DNA of 64,000 nt from Patescibacteria group bacterium (lineage in GTDB: Bacteria; Patescibacteriota; Patescibacteriia; JACQRZ01), in assembly GCA_038065255.1 (NCBI GenBank), contig JBBTRI010000001.1:42911-106910 (forward strand). The letters are read 5' to 3'. Positions 21,117 to 31,108 of this stretch are shown in pieces. Position 1 is the first letter of the stretch. Every line of letters starts with the position of its first letter. The notes below the pieces were generated by a model. It saw only the letters and a list, made by a program, of their open reading frames with translations, searched no databases and was not told where the DNA came from. A program made the position numbers and the translations under genes.

Positions 21117-22685
21117 ATGCATGAAAAAAATGAAAAACTTCAACGGTACATCCGCATCATGATGGAAAAAAAGACGGTTGTGCCGGCAGATGAGCCGATG
21201 ATGAGCGTGAGCGAAGCGAGTAGTGCGCTCGCATTTTATTATGAAAAAATTAGAAACATTATTGATTATCAAGATGAGCATTTGCTTCGGCAAAATGCCA
21301 TTAAGCGCATTTTAAGCCGCCGCCTTATTTTTCAAGAATCTCGTTCAGATATAGCAGATGCGCTTGTTAAAGAACTTATCAGATCACGCTATTTTTCCAA
21401 TAACACCATACCTACATCAGCTGTTGTAAAAGTAGCGGAAATTCTTGACACGTTTGTTGGCGTTGCGGAAACACTGCGGCAAAACCATAAACTTTCCGAT
21501 GCTGATGAGGAGTGGTTACTGGGAATGTCTGCATGCGCCATTGATGAACTGCTCGCTCCGCTCACAAAGGAAGAAGCGCTTGTGCATTTGATGTATGAAC
21601 AGCTTGTCGATAGCGTGGAAAGCGGCGTGGAGGATGATAAACTGCGCAGACAGCAAGTGTATATTGCAACGTATCGCGTATTGCTCAGGCCCGATGCACT
21701 ACGCCTGCGATTTTTTGTTTTGAAACACACATTTCCGGAATGGACGGCATATGCGAAAAACCACAGTGACCTATTGACGGAAAGCTATGAACGCACGCGC
21801 GCAAGCATTGAAGCGCTTATTAAGCATCCGTTGAACCGCAGACTGACCCAAGCATTTCGAAGATTCCGTATCCCGTTTTTTATTTTACACACCATTATCA
21901 AAAAGCATGGGAATGCAGTACTTGAACAAGATACCCAATTGGAAGCGGAGATAACACGCCTCTGTGAATCACTCTACCAGATGCAGAAAAAACGCTTGGT
22001 ATCCCGTACTATCCGCGCATTCGTCTATATTTTTCTTACAAAAATGGTTTTGGGGTTTGCTATCGAGTTGCCTTACGACATTCTGACGCTTGGTCATGTC
22101 AATTCACTGCCATTGATCGTGAATGTTGTCTTTCCACCGGCACTCTTACTTGCTATTACGCTTTCTGTAAAATTTCCTAAAAAAGATAATACGGCAATGA
22201 TTGTGACTGCAATAAAAGAAATGATCGATGTGAATGCGCCCATGGCGGTATTTACTCCACAGCGATATCGTGAAAAAAAACGCTCACGTACGCTTACTGT
22301 TATTTTTACTATACTCCACCTTGCGCTGTTTGCCGTTTCATTCGGCGCTATTATTTGGGTGCTTCGAAAACTGCAATTCAATGCTGTGAGCGGGGTAATT
22401 TTTGTGCTCTTTGTCTGTCTTATCACATTTTTCGGCGTCAGTCTAAGGCGCTCGGTTCGTGACTTTATTATTATTAAATCAAAGCCAAGCTTTATTGCGC
22501 TTTTTTTCGATTCATTCTTTTTGCCGATTATTCAAGTCGGGCACTGGTTGTCGTTCAACATTTCCAGGATTAATATTTTTATCTTTCTCTTTGACGTACT
22601 TATTGAGTTGCCATTCCAAGCACTGGTGGAAATTACGGAAGAATGGTTTTCTTTTTTGAAAGAGAAAAAAGAAGAAATAGATTGA
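21117..22685 (+). CDS. Hypothetical membrane protein
   Basis: 522-aa ORF with C-terminal TM segments; no family recognised. Confidence 0.7.
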   Translation: MHEKNEKLQRYIRIMMEKKTVVPADEPMMSVSEASSALAFYYEKIRNIIDYQDEHLLRQNAIKRILSRRLIFQESRSDIADALVKELIRSRYFSNNTIPTSAVVKVAEILDTFVGVAETLRQNHKLSDADEEWLLGMSACAIDELLAPLTKEEALVHLMYEQLVDSVESGVEDDKLRRQQVYIATYRVLLRPDALRLRFFVLKHTFPEWTAYAKNHSDLLTESYERTRASIEALIKHPLNRRLTQAFRRFRIPFFILHTIIKKHGNAVLEQDTQLEAEITRLCESLYQMQKKRLVSRTIRAFVYIFLTKMVLGFAIELPYDILTLGHVNSLPLIVNVVFPPALLLAITLSVKFPKKDNTAMIVTAIKEMIDVNAPMAVFTPQRYREKKRSRTLTVIFTILHLALFAVSFGAIIWVLRKLQFNAVSGVIFVLFVCLITFFGVSLRRSVRDFIIIKSKPSFIALFFDSFFLPIIQVGHWLSFNISRINIFIFLFDVLIELPFQALVEITEEWFSFLKEKKEEID

Positions 22686-22707
22686 TAGCTCCGACTTTTT
22701 GGTACAT

Positions 22708-23295
22708 ATGGGAACAATAGAAGTGATTGCAGGCTGCATGTTTTCCGGGAAAAGCGAAGAGCTGATTAGGCGCTTGAAACGCTGCATGATCTCCCGCAAA
22801 AAAGTGCTTGTATTCAAACATACCATAGATGAGCGATGGAACAGAAGCGAAGAATTGGTTAGCAGGAATGGTGCATCGTTGACAGCAATTCGTACTCATG
22901 AACCATCATATATACTTGCACGTTCAGAAGAAATGGATATTGTCGGCATCGATGAAGCACATTTCTATGACAAATCGCTTATTGGTGTCATTGAAGCGCT
23001 TCGCCAAAATAGCATTTCGGTAATTATTACAGGTCTTGATATGGATTTTCGCGGTGAGCCATTCGGTATTGTACCGCAGCTCATGGCGATTGCAGACCGA
23101 GTAGATAAGCTTGATGCTGTGTGTATGCTATGTGGAGAGCGTGCAACGCAATCCCAGCGGCTTGTTGATGGAAAACCGGCGCAGTATGGGAGTGAACAGC
23201 TTGTTGTGGGAGATGAGGAATACCAGGCACGCTGCCGCAAATGCCACGAAGTTCCCGGCAGAGAGCAGCTGCGGTTAATTGCCGAGCAGTATTGA
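22708..23295 (+). CDS. tdk: Thymidine kinase
   Basis: GCMFSGKSEEL, GIDEAHF, GLDMDFRGEPF, CxxC...YQARCRKCH. Confidence 0.96.
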   Translation: MGTIEVIAGCMFSGKSEELIRRLKRCMISRKKVLVFKHTIDERWNRSEELVSRNGASLTAIRTHEPSYILARSEEMDIVGIDEAHFYDKSLIGVIEALRQNSISVIITGLDMDFRGEPFGIVPQLMAIADRVDKLDAVCMLCGERATQSQRLVDGKPAQYGSEQLVVGDEEYQARCRKCHEVPGREQLRLIAEQY

Positions 23296-23332
23296 CAAAA
23301 TATGTTTTTCGCGCTATTCTAATGCTAGGTAA

Positions 23333-23575
23333 ATGATAATGTACGCAGATACCGGATATGGTTATCGTGATTGGGGTTATAATGAACCTTGCGCACCGTA
23401 CATCCCTGATTGTTCGCACATTCATACGCAGATACCCGGAGCTGTCCGAGTGGAGGAAAATAAGGAAGGCCCCTTTGCTTATATAGCCTATGTGAATGAA
23501 ATACAGTATCTAAATGGTCCTGAAGAAATTAACGGACAGCATATAATCTACCGTCTTATACCAGCCCGAATCTAG
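23333..23575 (+). CDS. Small hypothetical protein
   Basis: 80-aa ORF directly after TTGACA-17-TATTCT (23292-23320). Confidence 0.45.
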   Translation: MIMYADTGYGYRDWGYNEPCAPYIPDCSHIHTQIPGAVRVEENKEGPFAYIAYVNEIQYLNGPEEINGQHIIYRLIPARI

Positions 23576-23585
23576 GGCTTTTTTT

Positions 23586-24701
23586 ATGCCGCATAAAGGA
23601 AAAAAAGTTTTCGTCGCTCTGTCGGGCGGAGTTGATTCTGCCGTAGCAGCGCTTTTACTAAAACAACAGGGATTTAACGTGCGTGCCGTATTTATGCGTG
23701 AGTTTGATTATGTAGATATAGTGCCAAAAAGTTCTGCATTGCTATCCTGTGCCCAAGAAGACGATCGGCTTTCAGCTCAGGCGGTTGCAGAGCACTTGAG
23801 TATCCCCTTTGAAGCGTGGGATTTTCGAAAAGAATATTTTGACCATGTCGTTCAGTATTTGTTTGACGGCTACAAAAAGGGCATAACGCCAAATCCGGAT
23901 ATCATGTGTAATACGCATGTAAAGTTTGGAGCTTTTTTGAAGCGTGCTCGAAAAGAAGGAGCAGCCACTATTGCTACCGGCCACTACGTTATAAAAAAGA
24001 GCACACGAGAAGGTTTCCAGCTTCATATCGCAAAAGACCGAAATAAAGATCAATCGTATTTTCTCTATGGACTCATGCAACAGCAGTTGAATCGAAGTCT
24101 GTTTCCTCTTGGAAATCTTCTCAAGTCTGAAGTGCGTGACCTCGCCAAAAAAGCAAAGCTGCCAAATTGGGATCGTAAAGACAGTCAGGGCATTTGTTTT
24201 GTAGGTAAGGTGGCAATGAAGGATTTTCTCAAAGATGCCGTCCGTACTAAGAAAGGGGCGCTTCTTACATGTGATGGCCAACAGGTGGGGACACACGATG
24301 GAGCAGAGTATTATACGATAGGGCAGCGGCATGGGCTTGGATTCGGCGGTGGAGCAGATGCCTATTATGTTGTTGGGAAAGATATTAAACAAAATGTCGT
24401 ATATGTGGGACACCAGAATGACTCCGCGCTGTATAAAAAAGAGTTGATATGCAAGGCTATTCATTGGATTGGCGCAGCGCCGAAGCTGCCATGCATTGTG
24501 CTTGCACGCATTCGCTACCGTCAGCCATTGCAACGATGCAGAGTGCAGATCGGTAGTAAAAGGGGTACATTGCATATAGTATTCTTTTCCAAACAGCGCG
24601 CCGTGACTTCCGGACAGGCAATTGTGTTTTATAGGGGGAGTGCTATGCTGGGCGGAGGAATTATAACAACAACTCCTGCCGTTGACACATTTCTTCGTTG
24701 A
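23586..24701 (+). CDS. mnmA: tRNA 2-thiouridylase MnmA
   Basis: SGGVDS, TPNPDIMCN, ATGHY, KDQSYFL, DSQGICF. Confidence 0.97.
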   Translation: MPHKGKKVFVALSGGVDSAVAALLLKQQGFNVRAVFMREFDYVDIVPKSSALLSCAQEDDRLSAQAVAEHLSIPFEAWDFRKEYFDHVVQYLFDGYKKGITPNPDIMCNTHVKFGAFLKRARKEGAATIATGHYVIKKSTREGFQLHIAKDRNKDQSYFLYGLMQQQLNRSLFPLGNLLKSEVRDLAKKAKLPNWDRKDSQGICFVGKVAMKDFLKDAVRTKKGALLTCDGQQVGTHDGAEYYTIGQRHGLGFGGGADAYYVVGKDIKQNVVYVGHQNDSALYKKELICKAIHWIGAAPKLPCIVLARIRYRQPLQRCRVQIGSKRGTLHIVFFSKQRAVTSGQAIVFYRGSAMLGGGIITTTPAVDTFLR

Positions 24702-24822
24702 TTGTTCCAGTGCTCGACGGCGTATAGGCTCATACGCCTTTCTCCACGCTTCACAATCGCTTCGAACTGCACTCAACAGCAGAAGTTGTATTGTGAAAAA
24801 GGCTTCTAGTCATTAATGTAAT

Positions 24823-25257
24823 ATGTCGTGTCGGTTTTGCACAATCATCAATGATGAAACAGAACATATTGTTGCGTATCGCGAACATTGTTTTGTGCTG
24901 CTGAGTAATCCTCGTCTTGTGCCTGGACATCTTCTGATTATTCCTCGCCGCCACGTTGAAAAGCCATCGGAGCTTAACCAAGAAGAGCGAACAAATTTTT
25001 TTGATACAGCACTTGAGTTTCAAGATTATATTCTTGGCTATGTGGCATCGGGATGCGACATGCGTCAGCACTGCAAACCTTTTTTACCGGAATCACTACT
25101 GAAAGTAAATCACGTACATGCCCACCTGCTTCCAAGAGAATTTCAAGACGAACTCTATCTCCAATCACAAAAAGATGATGAACATTTTACTGAATTGAGT
25201 GAAAAAGAGCGAGAACATTTTCTGATACTGTTTCGGGATAAGAAGCGGGGCGCGTGA
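24823..25257 (+). CDS. HIT family protein
   Basis: CRFC, PGHLLIIPRRH, HVHAHLLPR. Confidence 0.9.
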   Translation: MSCRFCTIINDETEHIVAYREHCFVLLSNPRLVPGHLLIIPRRHVEKPSELNQEERTNFFDTALEFQDYILGYVASGCDMRQHCKPFLPESLLKVNHVHAHLLPREFQDELYLQSQKDDEHFTELSEKEREHFLILFRDKKRGA

Positions 25258-25295
25258 ATTTGACGAATAAGAATTTTTTTGAAACACTTATCTAT

Positions 25296-25547
25296 ATGAA
25301 TTACGATACATCGTTACGCTATACAGCCTATTTTCAACCCACTGAAGAAGGAGGATATGTTGTAACTGTTCCCGCTCTTCCCGGGTGTGTAAGTCAGGGT
25401 AATACATTTGAAGAAGCAAGGGCAAATATAGCAGATGCAATCAATGGATATTTACGCATACTTGCAGAAGACGGGGATGAAATTCCGATTGAAAAAGAAT
25501 ACGTTGCTGCGCATGTGAGTGTTGTTTCGCCAAAGACATTTGAATAG
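25296..25547 (+). CDS. hicB: HicB-family antitoxin
   Basis: EEGGYVVTVPALPGCVSQGNTFEEA..NI.DAI. Confidence 0.9.
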   Translation: MNYDTSLRYTAYFQPTEEGGYVVTVPALPGCVSQGNTFEEARANIADAINGYLRILAEDGDEIPIEKEYVAAHVSVVSPKTFE

Positions 25548-25567
25548 CTACGCGTGTGTCGTACCGC

Positions 25568-25783
25568 ATGCCGCAAGTCAAACCTCTTGAATGTATCCGA
25601 GCGCTTGAAAGGCTTGGATTTGTTGTGCGCCATCAGTCTGGCAGTCATGTAATCTTACGTCATCAAAAGACTGGAAAAATTACTTCAGTTCCCCATCACT
25701 CTGGCGATTTGAAACGGCCATTATTGATGGCAATCATTAAGCAATCAGGATTTTCACAGGAAGAATTTTTAAATGTGTTATGA
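25568..25783 (+). CDS. hicA: HicA-family toxin
   Basis: LERLGF..RHQSGSH...VPHH..DL; alternative GTG start at 25556. Confidence 0.9.
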   Translation: MPQVKPLECIRALERLGFVVRHQSGSHVILRHQKTGKITSVPHHSGDLKRPLLMAIIKQSGFSQEEFLNVL

Positions 25784-27534
25784 CTTCAAACGAAATACGA
25801 AAAGCATTCACAGAATTTTTTAACGAGAGTGGGCATACAATTGTGCCTTCTTCGTCATTGATACCGGATGACCCATCGGTGCTTTTGACGACAGCCGGCA
25901 TGCAGCAGTTTAAAAAGTATTATACCGGCGAAGCGGATGCGCAAGCTGATTTCGGCTCGCTGAATACCGTTTCGATTCAAAAAAGCTTCCGCACATCAGA
26001 TATCGACGAAGTGGGGGATGAGTCCCATCTCACGTTTTTCGAAATGCTCGGTAATTTTTCGTTCGGCGGGTATTTCAAAAAAGAGGCAATTGTTTTTGCG
26101 CATGAGTTTATAACAAACGTGATGAGATTAACAATTTCATATGTAACCATCTTTGAGGGAAGCGCACATGTGCCCAAAGACGAGGAATCTCGGGCGCTTT
26201 GGCAGGAACTTGGCGTTGCAGACATCCGGGAAGAGGGAATGGATGATGTATTTTGGGGTCCGACAGGATCTTCGGGTCCCTGTGGGCCGACAACGGAAGT
26301 CTACTGCACCAATGCCCAAGGGAAGGATATTGAAATATGGAATATCGTATTCAATCAGTTCTTGTGCAGCGGTTCTCGGGAGGAGCTTGCTTCCGGCACA
26401 GCGCAACTATCGCAGCTCGAAACGCCAGGCATTGATACCGGGATGGGCCTTGAGCGTCTTGCCATGATTTCCCAACAAACACAGACTATTTTTGAGACAG
26501 ATTTATTTGCGCCGCTTATGGAGCTTATACCGAGCAGTCTTGATGAGAGAACGCGGCGGATTGCCGCTGATCATTGCCGTGCGGTTGTTTTTCTCTTGTG
26601 CGATGGAGTTCGTCCGTCCAATAAGGAGCGTGGATATATCTTACGCCGCTTGATGCGCAGAGTTATAGTGCACGAGCATCAATCTCGCGAAGCTCTTTTT
26701 AACGCCCTCCATGTTCTGTTGAAGGTTGTTGATCTCTATGCTCCGTGGTACGGAGAACTTGCAAAAGCAATCGTACAAGAAGAATTTTCCAAGGAAAAAG
26801 AAAAGTTTCTCAAAACATTAAAGTCAGGCCTTAAAGAATTGAACAAGCTAGAAATAATAGATGCTGTTACAGCATTTAAACTCTATGAAAGCTATGGCTT
26901 GCCGTATGAAATTATCAAAGAAATCGGCGGTCCTAAGGCGGCCCACCTTACTCGAGATTGTTTTGATGCGGCATTCAAGAAACACCAAGAGATTTCTCGG
27001 GCAGGGCTTGAAAAGAAGTTTGGGGGGCACGGCCTTCTTCTTGATACCGGTGAATTGAAAGCGTCGGATGAGCGTGAACTGCACATTGTTACCCGTCTTC
27101 ACACGGCTACCCACCTCCTACACAAGGCATTGCGCGATGTATTAGGTTCCGATGTCCATCAGCAAGGGTCCGATATTACCGTTGAGCGGACTCGCTTTGA
27201 TTTCACCTTTGGACGAAAGCTCACACCGCAAGAACTAGAGCGTATTGAGAGTATTGTGAATGATGCCGTGCGCCAAGATTTATCCGTACAGTTTGTTGAA
27301 TTACCCATAGACCAAGCAAGGGCGACAGGCGCACTGCATTTTTTTAAAGAAAAATATCCGGATCGCGTGAAGGTGTACTATGTCGGCCCCACACTTGAAC
27401 AAGCGTTTTCAAAGGAGTTCTGTGGCGGGCCCCATGTGGCACAAACGGGAGAAATTGGACATATAACCATTGTCAAAGAAGAGGCGTGCAGTGCCGGTGT
27501 GCGGCGCATCCGGGCTGTTGTTGATGTACAATAA
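25780..27534 (+). CDS. alaS: Alanine--tRNA ligase, short form
   Basis: AGMQQFK, HLTFFEMLGNFSFG, GPCGP, IDTGMGLER, editing motifs HTATHLL and EFCGGPH; ends at GVRRI. Confidence 0.95.
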   Translation: MTSNEIRKAFTEFFNESGHTIVPSSSLIPDDPSVLLTTAGMQQFKKYYTGEADAQADFGSLNTVSIQKSFRTSDIDEVGDESHLTFFEMLGNFSFGGYFKKEAIVFAHEFITNVMRLTISYVTIFEGSAHVPKDEESRALWQELGVADIREEGMDDVFWGPTGSSGPCGPTTEVYCTNAQGKDIEIWNIVFNQFLCSGSREELASGTAQLSQLETPGIDTGMGLERLAMISQQTQTIFETDLFAPLMELIPSSLDERTRRIAADHCRAVVFLLCDGVRPSNKERGYILRRLMRRVIVHEHQSREALFNALHVLLKVVDLYAPWYGELAKAIVQEEFSKEKEKFLKTLKSGLKELNKLEIIDAVTAFKLYESYGLPYEIIKEIGGPKAAHLTRDCFDAAFKKHQEISRAGLEKKFGGHGLLLDTGELKASDERELHIVTRLHTATHLLHKALRDVLGSDVHQQGSDITVERTRFDFTFGRKLTPQELERIESIVNDAVRQDLSVQFVELPIDQARATGALHFFKEKYPDRVKVYYVGPTLEQAFSKEFCGGPHVAQTGEIGHITIVKEEACSAGVRRIRAVVDVQ

Positions 27535-28186
27535 CAGTGAATTCTCCTCGAGGGCCTTCCTGTTCAAGCTTTTTTCTGACATCAGAGATTATTCCGCGGT
27601 AGATTGTTTCATGAATTTTTGTGAGCTCTCGGCCAACGATTGTATAGGAGGTGGGAAGTACGGCTTCAATCGACAGAAGAGTTTTGATAATGCGATGCGG
27701 TGATTCAAAGAGCACGACCGGTTCTTCACTTCGTGCCATTTTTTCAAAAAATGATTTCCGTTTCTTTTTGTGTGGCGGAAATCCCATGAACAAAAATGAA
27801 TTCATGGGAATACCTGCAACCGATGCAAGGGTGCTCACAGCGGATGCGCCGGGAATGGGAATGATTTCCAAGCCGGGTCCGCAGTGGCTGATAAGGGTTG
27901 CTATGAGCTCGTTGCCGGGATCAGATACTCCTGGGGTGCCCGCATCTGTCAATAGCGCAAGCACCGACCCGCTCTGCACCATGTGGATAATCTTATCAAT
28001 AACAGCGGTTTTACTATGCTGGTGATAAGAAAGAGTTGGAGTGAGTATGCCATAATGACGCAAAAGTTTACTTGTCGTTCGCGTGTCTTCACAGAGGATG
28101 AAATTGGCCGTTTTGAGGATTGATATGGCTCGAAATGTTATATCCTCAAGGTTTCCGATGGGGCTTGCAATACTATATATTTTCAT
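27473..28186 (-). CDS. rsmI: 16S rRNA C1402 2'-O-methyltransferase
   Basis: PIGNLEDIT, CEDTR, DAGTPGVSDPG, FESPHR, RELTKIHE; start placed at ATG 28186. Confidence 0.95.
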   Translation of the reverse strand: MKIYSIASPIGNLEDITFRAISILKTANFILCEDTRTTSKLLRHYGILTPTLSYHQHSKTAVIDKIIHMVQSGSVLALLTDAGTPGVSDPGNELIATLISHCGPGLEIIPIPGASAVSTLASVAGIPMNSFLFMGFPPHKKKRKSFFEKMARSEEPVVLFESPHRIIKTLLSIEAVLPTSYTIVGRELTKIHETIYRGIISDVRKKLEQEGPRGEFTVIVHQQQPGCAAHRHCTPLL

Positions 28187-28254
28187 ATGCATATAATCAT
28201 AGCGCATTAAACGGGTATGTAAAACCTTTACAGGGAGCATATTCTTTGATACTA

Positions 28255-28283
28255 TTGACACTATTGGAAAAAGAGGGTAGAGT
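28255..28283 (+). promoter_or_regulatory. Promoter of the infA-rpsI operon
   Basis: TTGACA-17 nt-TAGAGT. Confidence 0.6.
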
Positions 28284-28369
28284 GGAGCAGGTAAGTAGAT
28301 GGCGAAAACCATATCACTCTTTTGGCTAGTGGAGAGCGATTTTTTCTTTATTTTTAGACAGGACTGTTC

Positions 28370-28600
28370 ATGAGCGAAACAACTGCCGAGAGCAAGGCGT
28401 TTATCGAAGCTGAAGGCGAGGTAATCGAACTATTGCCTGCCGCAAGCTTCCGCGTACGCCTTGACAATGGCCATGAAATATTGGCTCATTTGTCTGGTAA
28501 GATGCGCATGCATCGCATACGGTTGCTTCCGAGTGACAGAGTTAAAGTACAGATGACGCCCTACGACTTAACGAAGGGACGTGTTATTTTTCGCTTTTAA
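28370..28600 (+). CDS. infA: Translation initiation factor IF-1
   Basis: [28 protein letters not shown]. Confidence 0.97.
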   Translation: MSETTAESKAFIEAEGEVIELLPAASFRVRLDNGHEILAHLSGKMRMHRIRLLPSDRVKVQMTPYDLTKGRVIFRF

Positions 28601-28607
28601 GCCCCCT

Positions 28608-28721
28608 ATGAAGGTCCGATCATCAGTAAAAAAAATTTGTTTGAAATGCAAAACCATCCGTAGAAACAAGCGTGTGATGGTGATTTGTGAAAATCCAAAA
28701 CATAAACAGCGCCAAGGCTAA
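28608..28721 (+). CDS. rpmJ: 50S ribosomal protein L36
   Basis: Not in the ORF track: [37 protein letters not shown]. Confidence 0.97.
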   Translation: MKVRSSVKKICLKCKTIRRNKRVMVICENPKHKQRQG

Positions 28722-28724
28722 TAT

Positions 28725-29114
28725 ATGGCATTACGTATTGCAGGCTATGTCCTGCCTCAGCAGAAAAAAATAGAGTATGCATTGCCGTATTTGTACGGCA
28801 TAGGCTTGACATCCGCACGCAAGGTGCTTCAGACTGTTGGTGTAGATGGACAAAAACGCACCAAAGACCTCACCGAAAGCGAATGCAACAAATTGCGAGA
28901 ATATATCGAGAAACATTTCCGTGTTGAAGGCGATTTGCGGAGAGAAGTCCAGACAAATATCAAACACCACAAAGAAATCGGCGATTATCGCGGCAGCAGG
29001 CATAGTAAAAAATTGCCTGTTCACGGCCAGAGGACAAAAACAAATTCCCGAACCGTTCGCGGCAATAAGCGAGTGACTATGATGTCGGGTAAACGTATCG
29101 CAACCAAAACATAA
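28725..29114 (+). CDS. rpsM: 30S ribosomal protein S13
   Basis: RIAG, YGIG, EGDLRRE, LPVHGQRTKTNSRT. Confidence 0.98.
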   Translation: MALRIAGYVLPQQKKIEYALPYLYGIGLTSARKVLQTVGVDGQKRTKDLTESECNKLREYIEKHFRVEGDLRREVQTNIKHHKEIGDYRGSRHSKKLPVHGQRTKTNSRTVRGNKRVTMMSGKRIATKT

Positions 29115-29122
29115 TTGAGCCT

Positions 29123-29590
29123 ATGTCTGATCAAACATCACAACTATTCGGAGATCTTGGCGTTGAATCTGCGCCGATAGAAAAGGTTGAAAAAAAAGAA
29201 GGTTCCGGTGTAAAAAAGAAAAGCAAAAAGAAGGTATACCGTTCTATTCCTGTTGGAGCTGTGCATATCAAAGCAACATTCAATAATACGATAGTCACTG
29301 TGACCGATGCGCATGGCAATGTGCTTGGCTGGGCTTCAGCGGGCGGTTGTGGTTTCCGAGGGCCCAAAAAGGCCACACCCTATGCTGCAAGCGTGATTGT
29401 TAAGCAGGTTATGGAACGCGTAAAACCCTATGGACTCACTGATGCTTCAGTATTTGTAAAAGGTGTCGGCTCTGGCAGAGAAGCGGCCGTTCGTGCATTG
29501 AATGCCAACGGTATCAATGTTATTGCACTCAAAGATGTAACTCCTATTCCTCATAATGGATGCCGCGCTCCTCGCGTACGAAGAGTCTAG
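29123..29590 (+). CDS. rpsK: 30S ribosomal protein S11
   Basis: TFNNTIVT, KKATPYAA, DVTPIPHNGCR. Confidence 0.98.
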   Translation: MSDQTSQLFGDLGVESAPIEKVEKKEGSGVKKKSKKKVYRSIPVGAVHIKATFNNTIVTVTDAHGNVLGWASAGGCGFRGPKKATPYAASVIVKQVMERVKPYGLTDASVFVKGVGSGREAAVRALNANGINVIALKDVTPIPHNGCRAPRVRRV

Positions 29591-29608
29591 TAGGCACTAC
29601 AAGAATAT

Positions 29609-30241
29609 ATGTCACGCATACTTGATAAATGCAGATTATGTCGCCGAGCAGGAACAAAGCTCTACTTGAAGGGTGATCGTTGCTATACCCCCAAGTGCGC
29701 TATTGTAAAGCGAAATTATGCCCCAGGCATGATTAGCACCAAAAAGAAGGGAAAATCCCGCTTAACGCCATACGGCATTCAGCTCCGAGAAAAGCAAAAG
29801 GCACGATTCTACTATGGCATTACCGAAAAGCAAATGAGCAATTATTTTAATCGCGCAAGCCGTTCATTGGGCAATTCCGGAGAAATTTTTATGCAGCTGT
29901 TAGAAACGCGCTTGGATAATGTTGTGTATCGCTTGGGATGGGCGAGCTCGCATCAAAAAGCGCGCCAACTTGTGAATCACGGCCACATTATCGTAGATGG
30001 TAAGAAAGTCACCATTCCATCTTATCGCGTAAAAGCAGGACAATCGATCGGTGTCAGACAGGCATCTCAACCGGGCAAAATGTTCCAAGAGGTGATGCCT
30101 GTGCTCGAAAAAGTGCAAGTGCCAGGGTGGATCCATTCGGAGAAGAAGTCTCTTGAGGGAAAAGTTGTCGGTATGCCGACACTTACTGAAGTGAACCCAC
30201 TCTACGATGTCCGTCTTATTACAGAATATTATTCACGTTAA
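29609..30241 (+). CDS. rpsD: 30S ribosomal protein S4
   Basis: CRLCRR, QLREKQK, LETRLDNVVYR, ARQLVNHGH, EYYSR. Confidence 0.98.
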   Translation: MSRILDKCRLCRRAGTKLYLKGDRCYTPKCAIVKRNYAPGMISTKKKGKSRLTPYGIQLREKQKARFYYGITEKQMSNYFNRASRSLGNSGEIFMQLLETRLDNVVYRLGWASSHQKARQLVNHGHIIVDGKKVTIPSYRVKAGQSIGVRQASQPGKMFQEVMPVLEKVQVPGWIHSEKKSLEGKVVGMPTLTEVNPLYDVRLITEYYSR

Positions 30242-30265
30242 TTACTCGCTCATTATTTTTTCTTT

Positions 30266-31105
30266 ATGGAGCTTATTCCTTTACCAACCAAGCTTGAATA
30301 TACTCCCGGGAGTAAACCCAACGAGACTATTCTTACCATTGAACCGCTCTATCCGGGGTATGGCATTACACTTGGTATTGCAATGCGCCGCGTTCTTCTT
30401 TCATCGCTTGAAGGGGGCGCTATTGTTGCCGTTAAAATTAAGGGTGTAACGCACGAATTTTCAACATTACCGTATGTTAAGGAGGATGTTGTAGATCTTA
30501 TCCTCAATCTGAAACAATTGCGTTTTAAGGTGCATACCGATGAAACAGTAAAGCTAACGCTTAAAGCAAAAGGCGAAAAACAAGTGACTGCCGCAGATAT
30601 TGAACCAACGCAAGACGTAGAAATTGCGAATCCCGGCGACGCTATCTGTTCACTAACAAATAAAAACGCTCAGCTTGAAATGGATTTGTTCGTGCGCAAG
30701 GGCCGCGGTTATTTGCCGACTGAAGCGCGTGAAAAAGAAAAGGAAGACATTGGCACTATTACCGTTGATGCGATTTTTACGCCCATTCGAAATGTCGGAG
30801 TGCGTGTGGAAAATGTCCGTGTGGGTCAGATGACGACCTATAATAAAATAGTCCTTGCGATCGAAACAGATGGCAGTATCAGTGCCGAAGATGCCGTGAA
30901 GCAAGCTGCTTCCGTACTTGTTGAACAATTTCAATTCTTACTTGGCAAACAAGAAGAAGCGGCATCAGAAGAAGGTGGTGAGAATGTCGAAGAACAGCCT
31001 GAATTTTCTGATCTTTCCGAGAATCATGCAGATGAGGAAGTTGTTAGTTCTGAAGAAGAAATTAAAGAACCAAAAAAAAGAGGCCGTCCCCGCAAAGGTC
31101 TCTAA
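30266..31105 (+). CDS. rpoA: RNA polymerase alpha subunit lacking the alpha-CTD
   Basis: EPLYPGYGITLG..RRVLLSS, HEFSTL, GRGY, DAIFTP; followed only by an acidic tail and KKRGRPRK. Confidence 0.96.
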   Translation: MELIPLPTKLEYTPGSKPNETILTIEPLYPGYGITLGIAMRRVLLSSLEGGAIVAVKIKGVTHEFSTLPYVKEDVVDLILNLKQLRFKVHTDETVKLTLKAKGEKQVTAADIEPTQDVEIANPGDAICSLTNKNAQLEMDLFVRKGRGYLPTEAREKEKEDIGTITVDAIFTPIRNVGVRVENVRVGQMTTYNKIVLAIETDGSISAEDAVKQAASVLVEQFQFLLGKQEEAASEEGGENVEEQPEFSDLSENHADEEVVSSEEEIKEPKKRGRPRKGL

Positions 31106-31108
31106 CTC

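Noticed and set aside
23772-24776. 334-aa antisense ORF
   Set aside because: It lies opposite mnmA and has no recognisable motifs.
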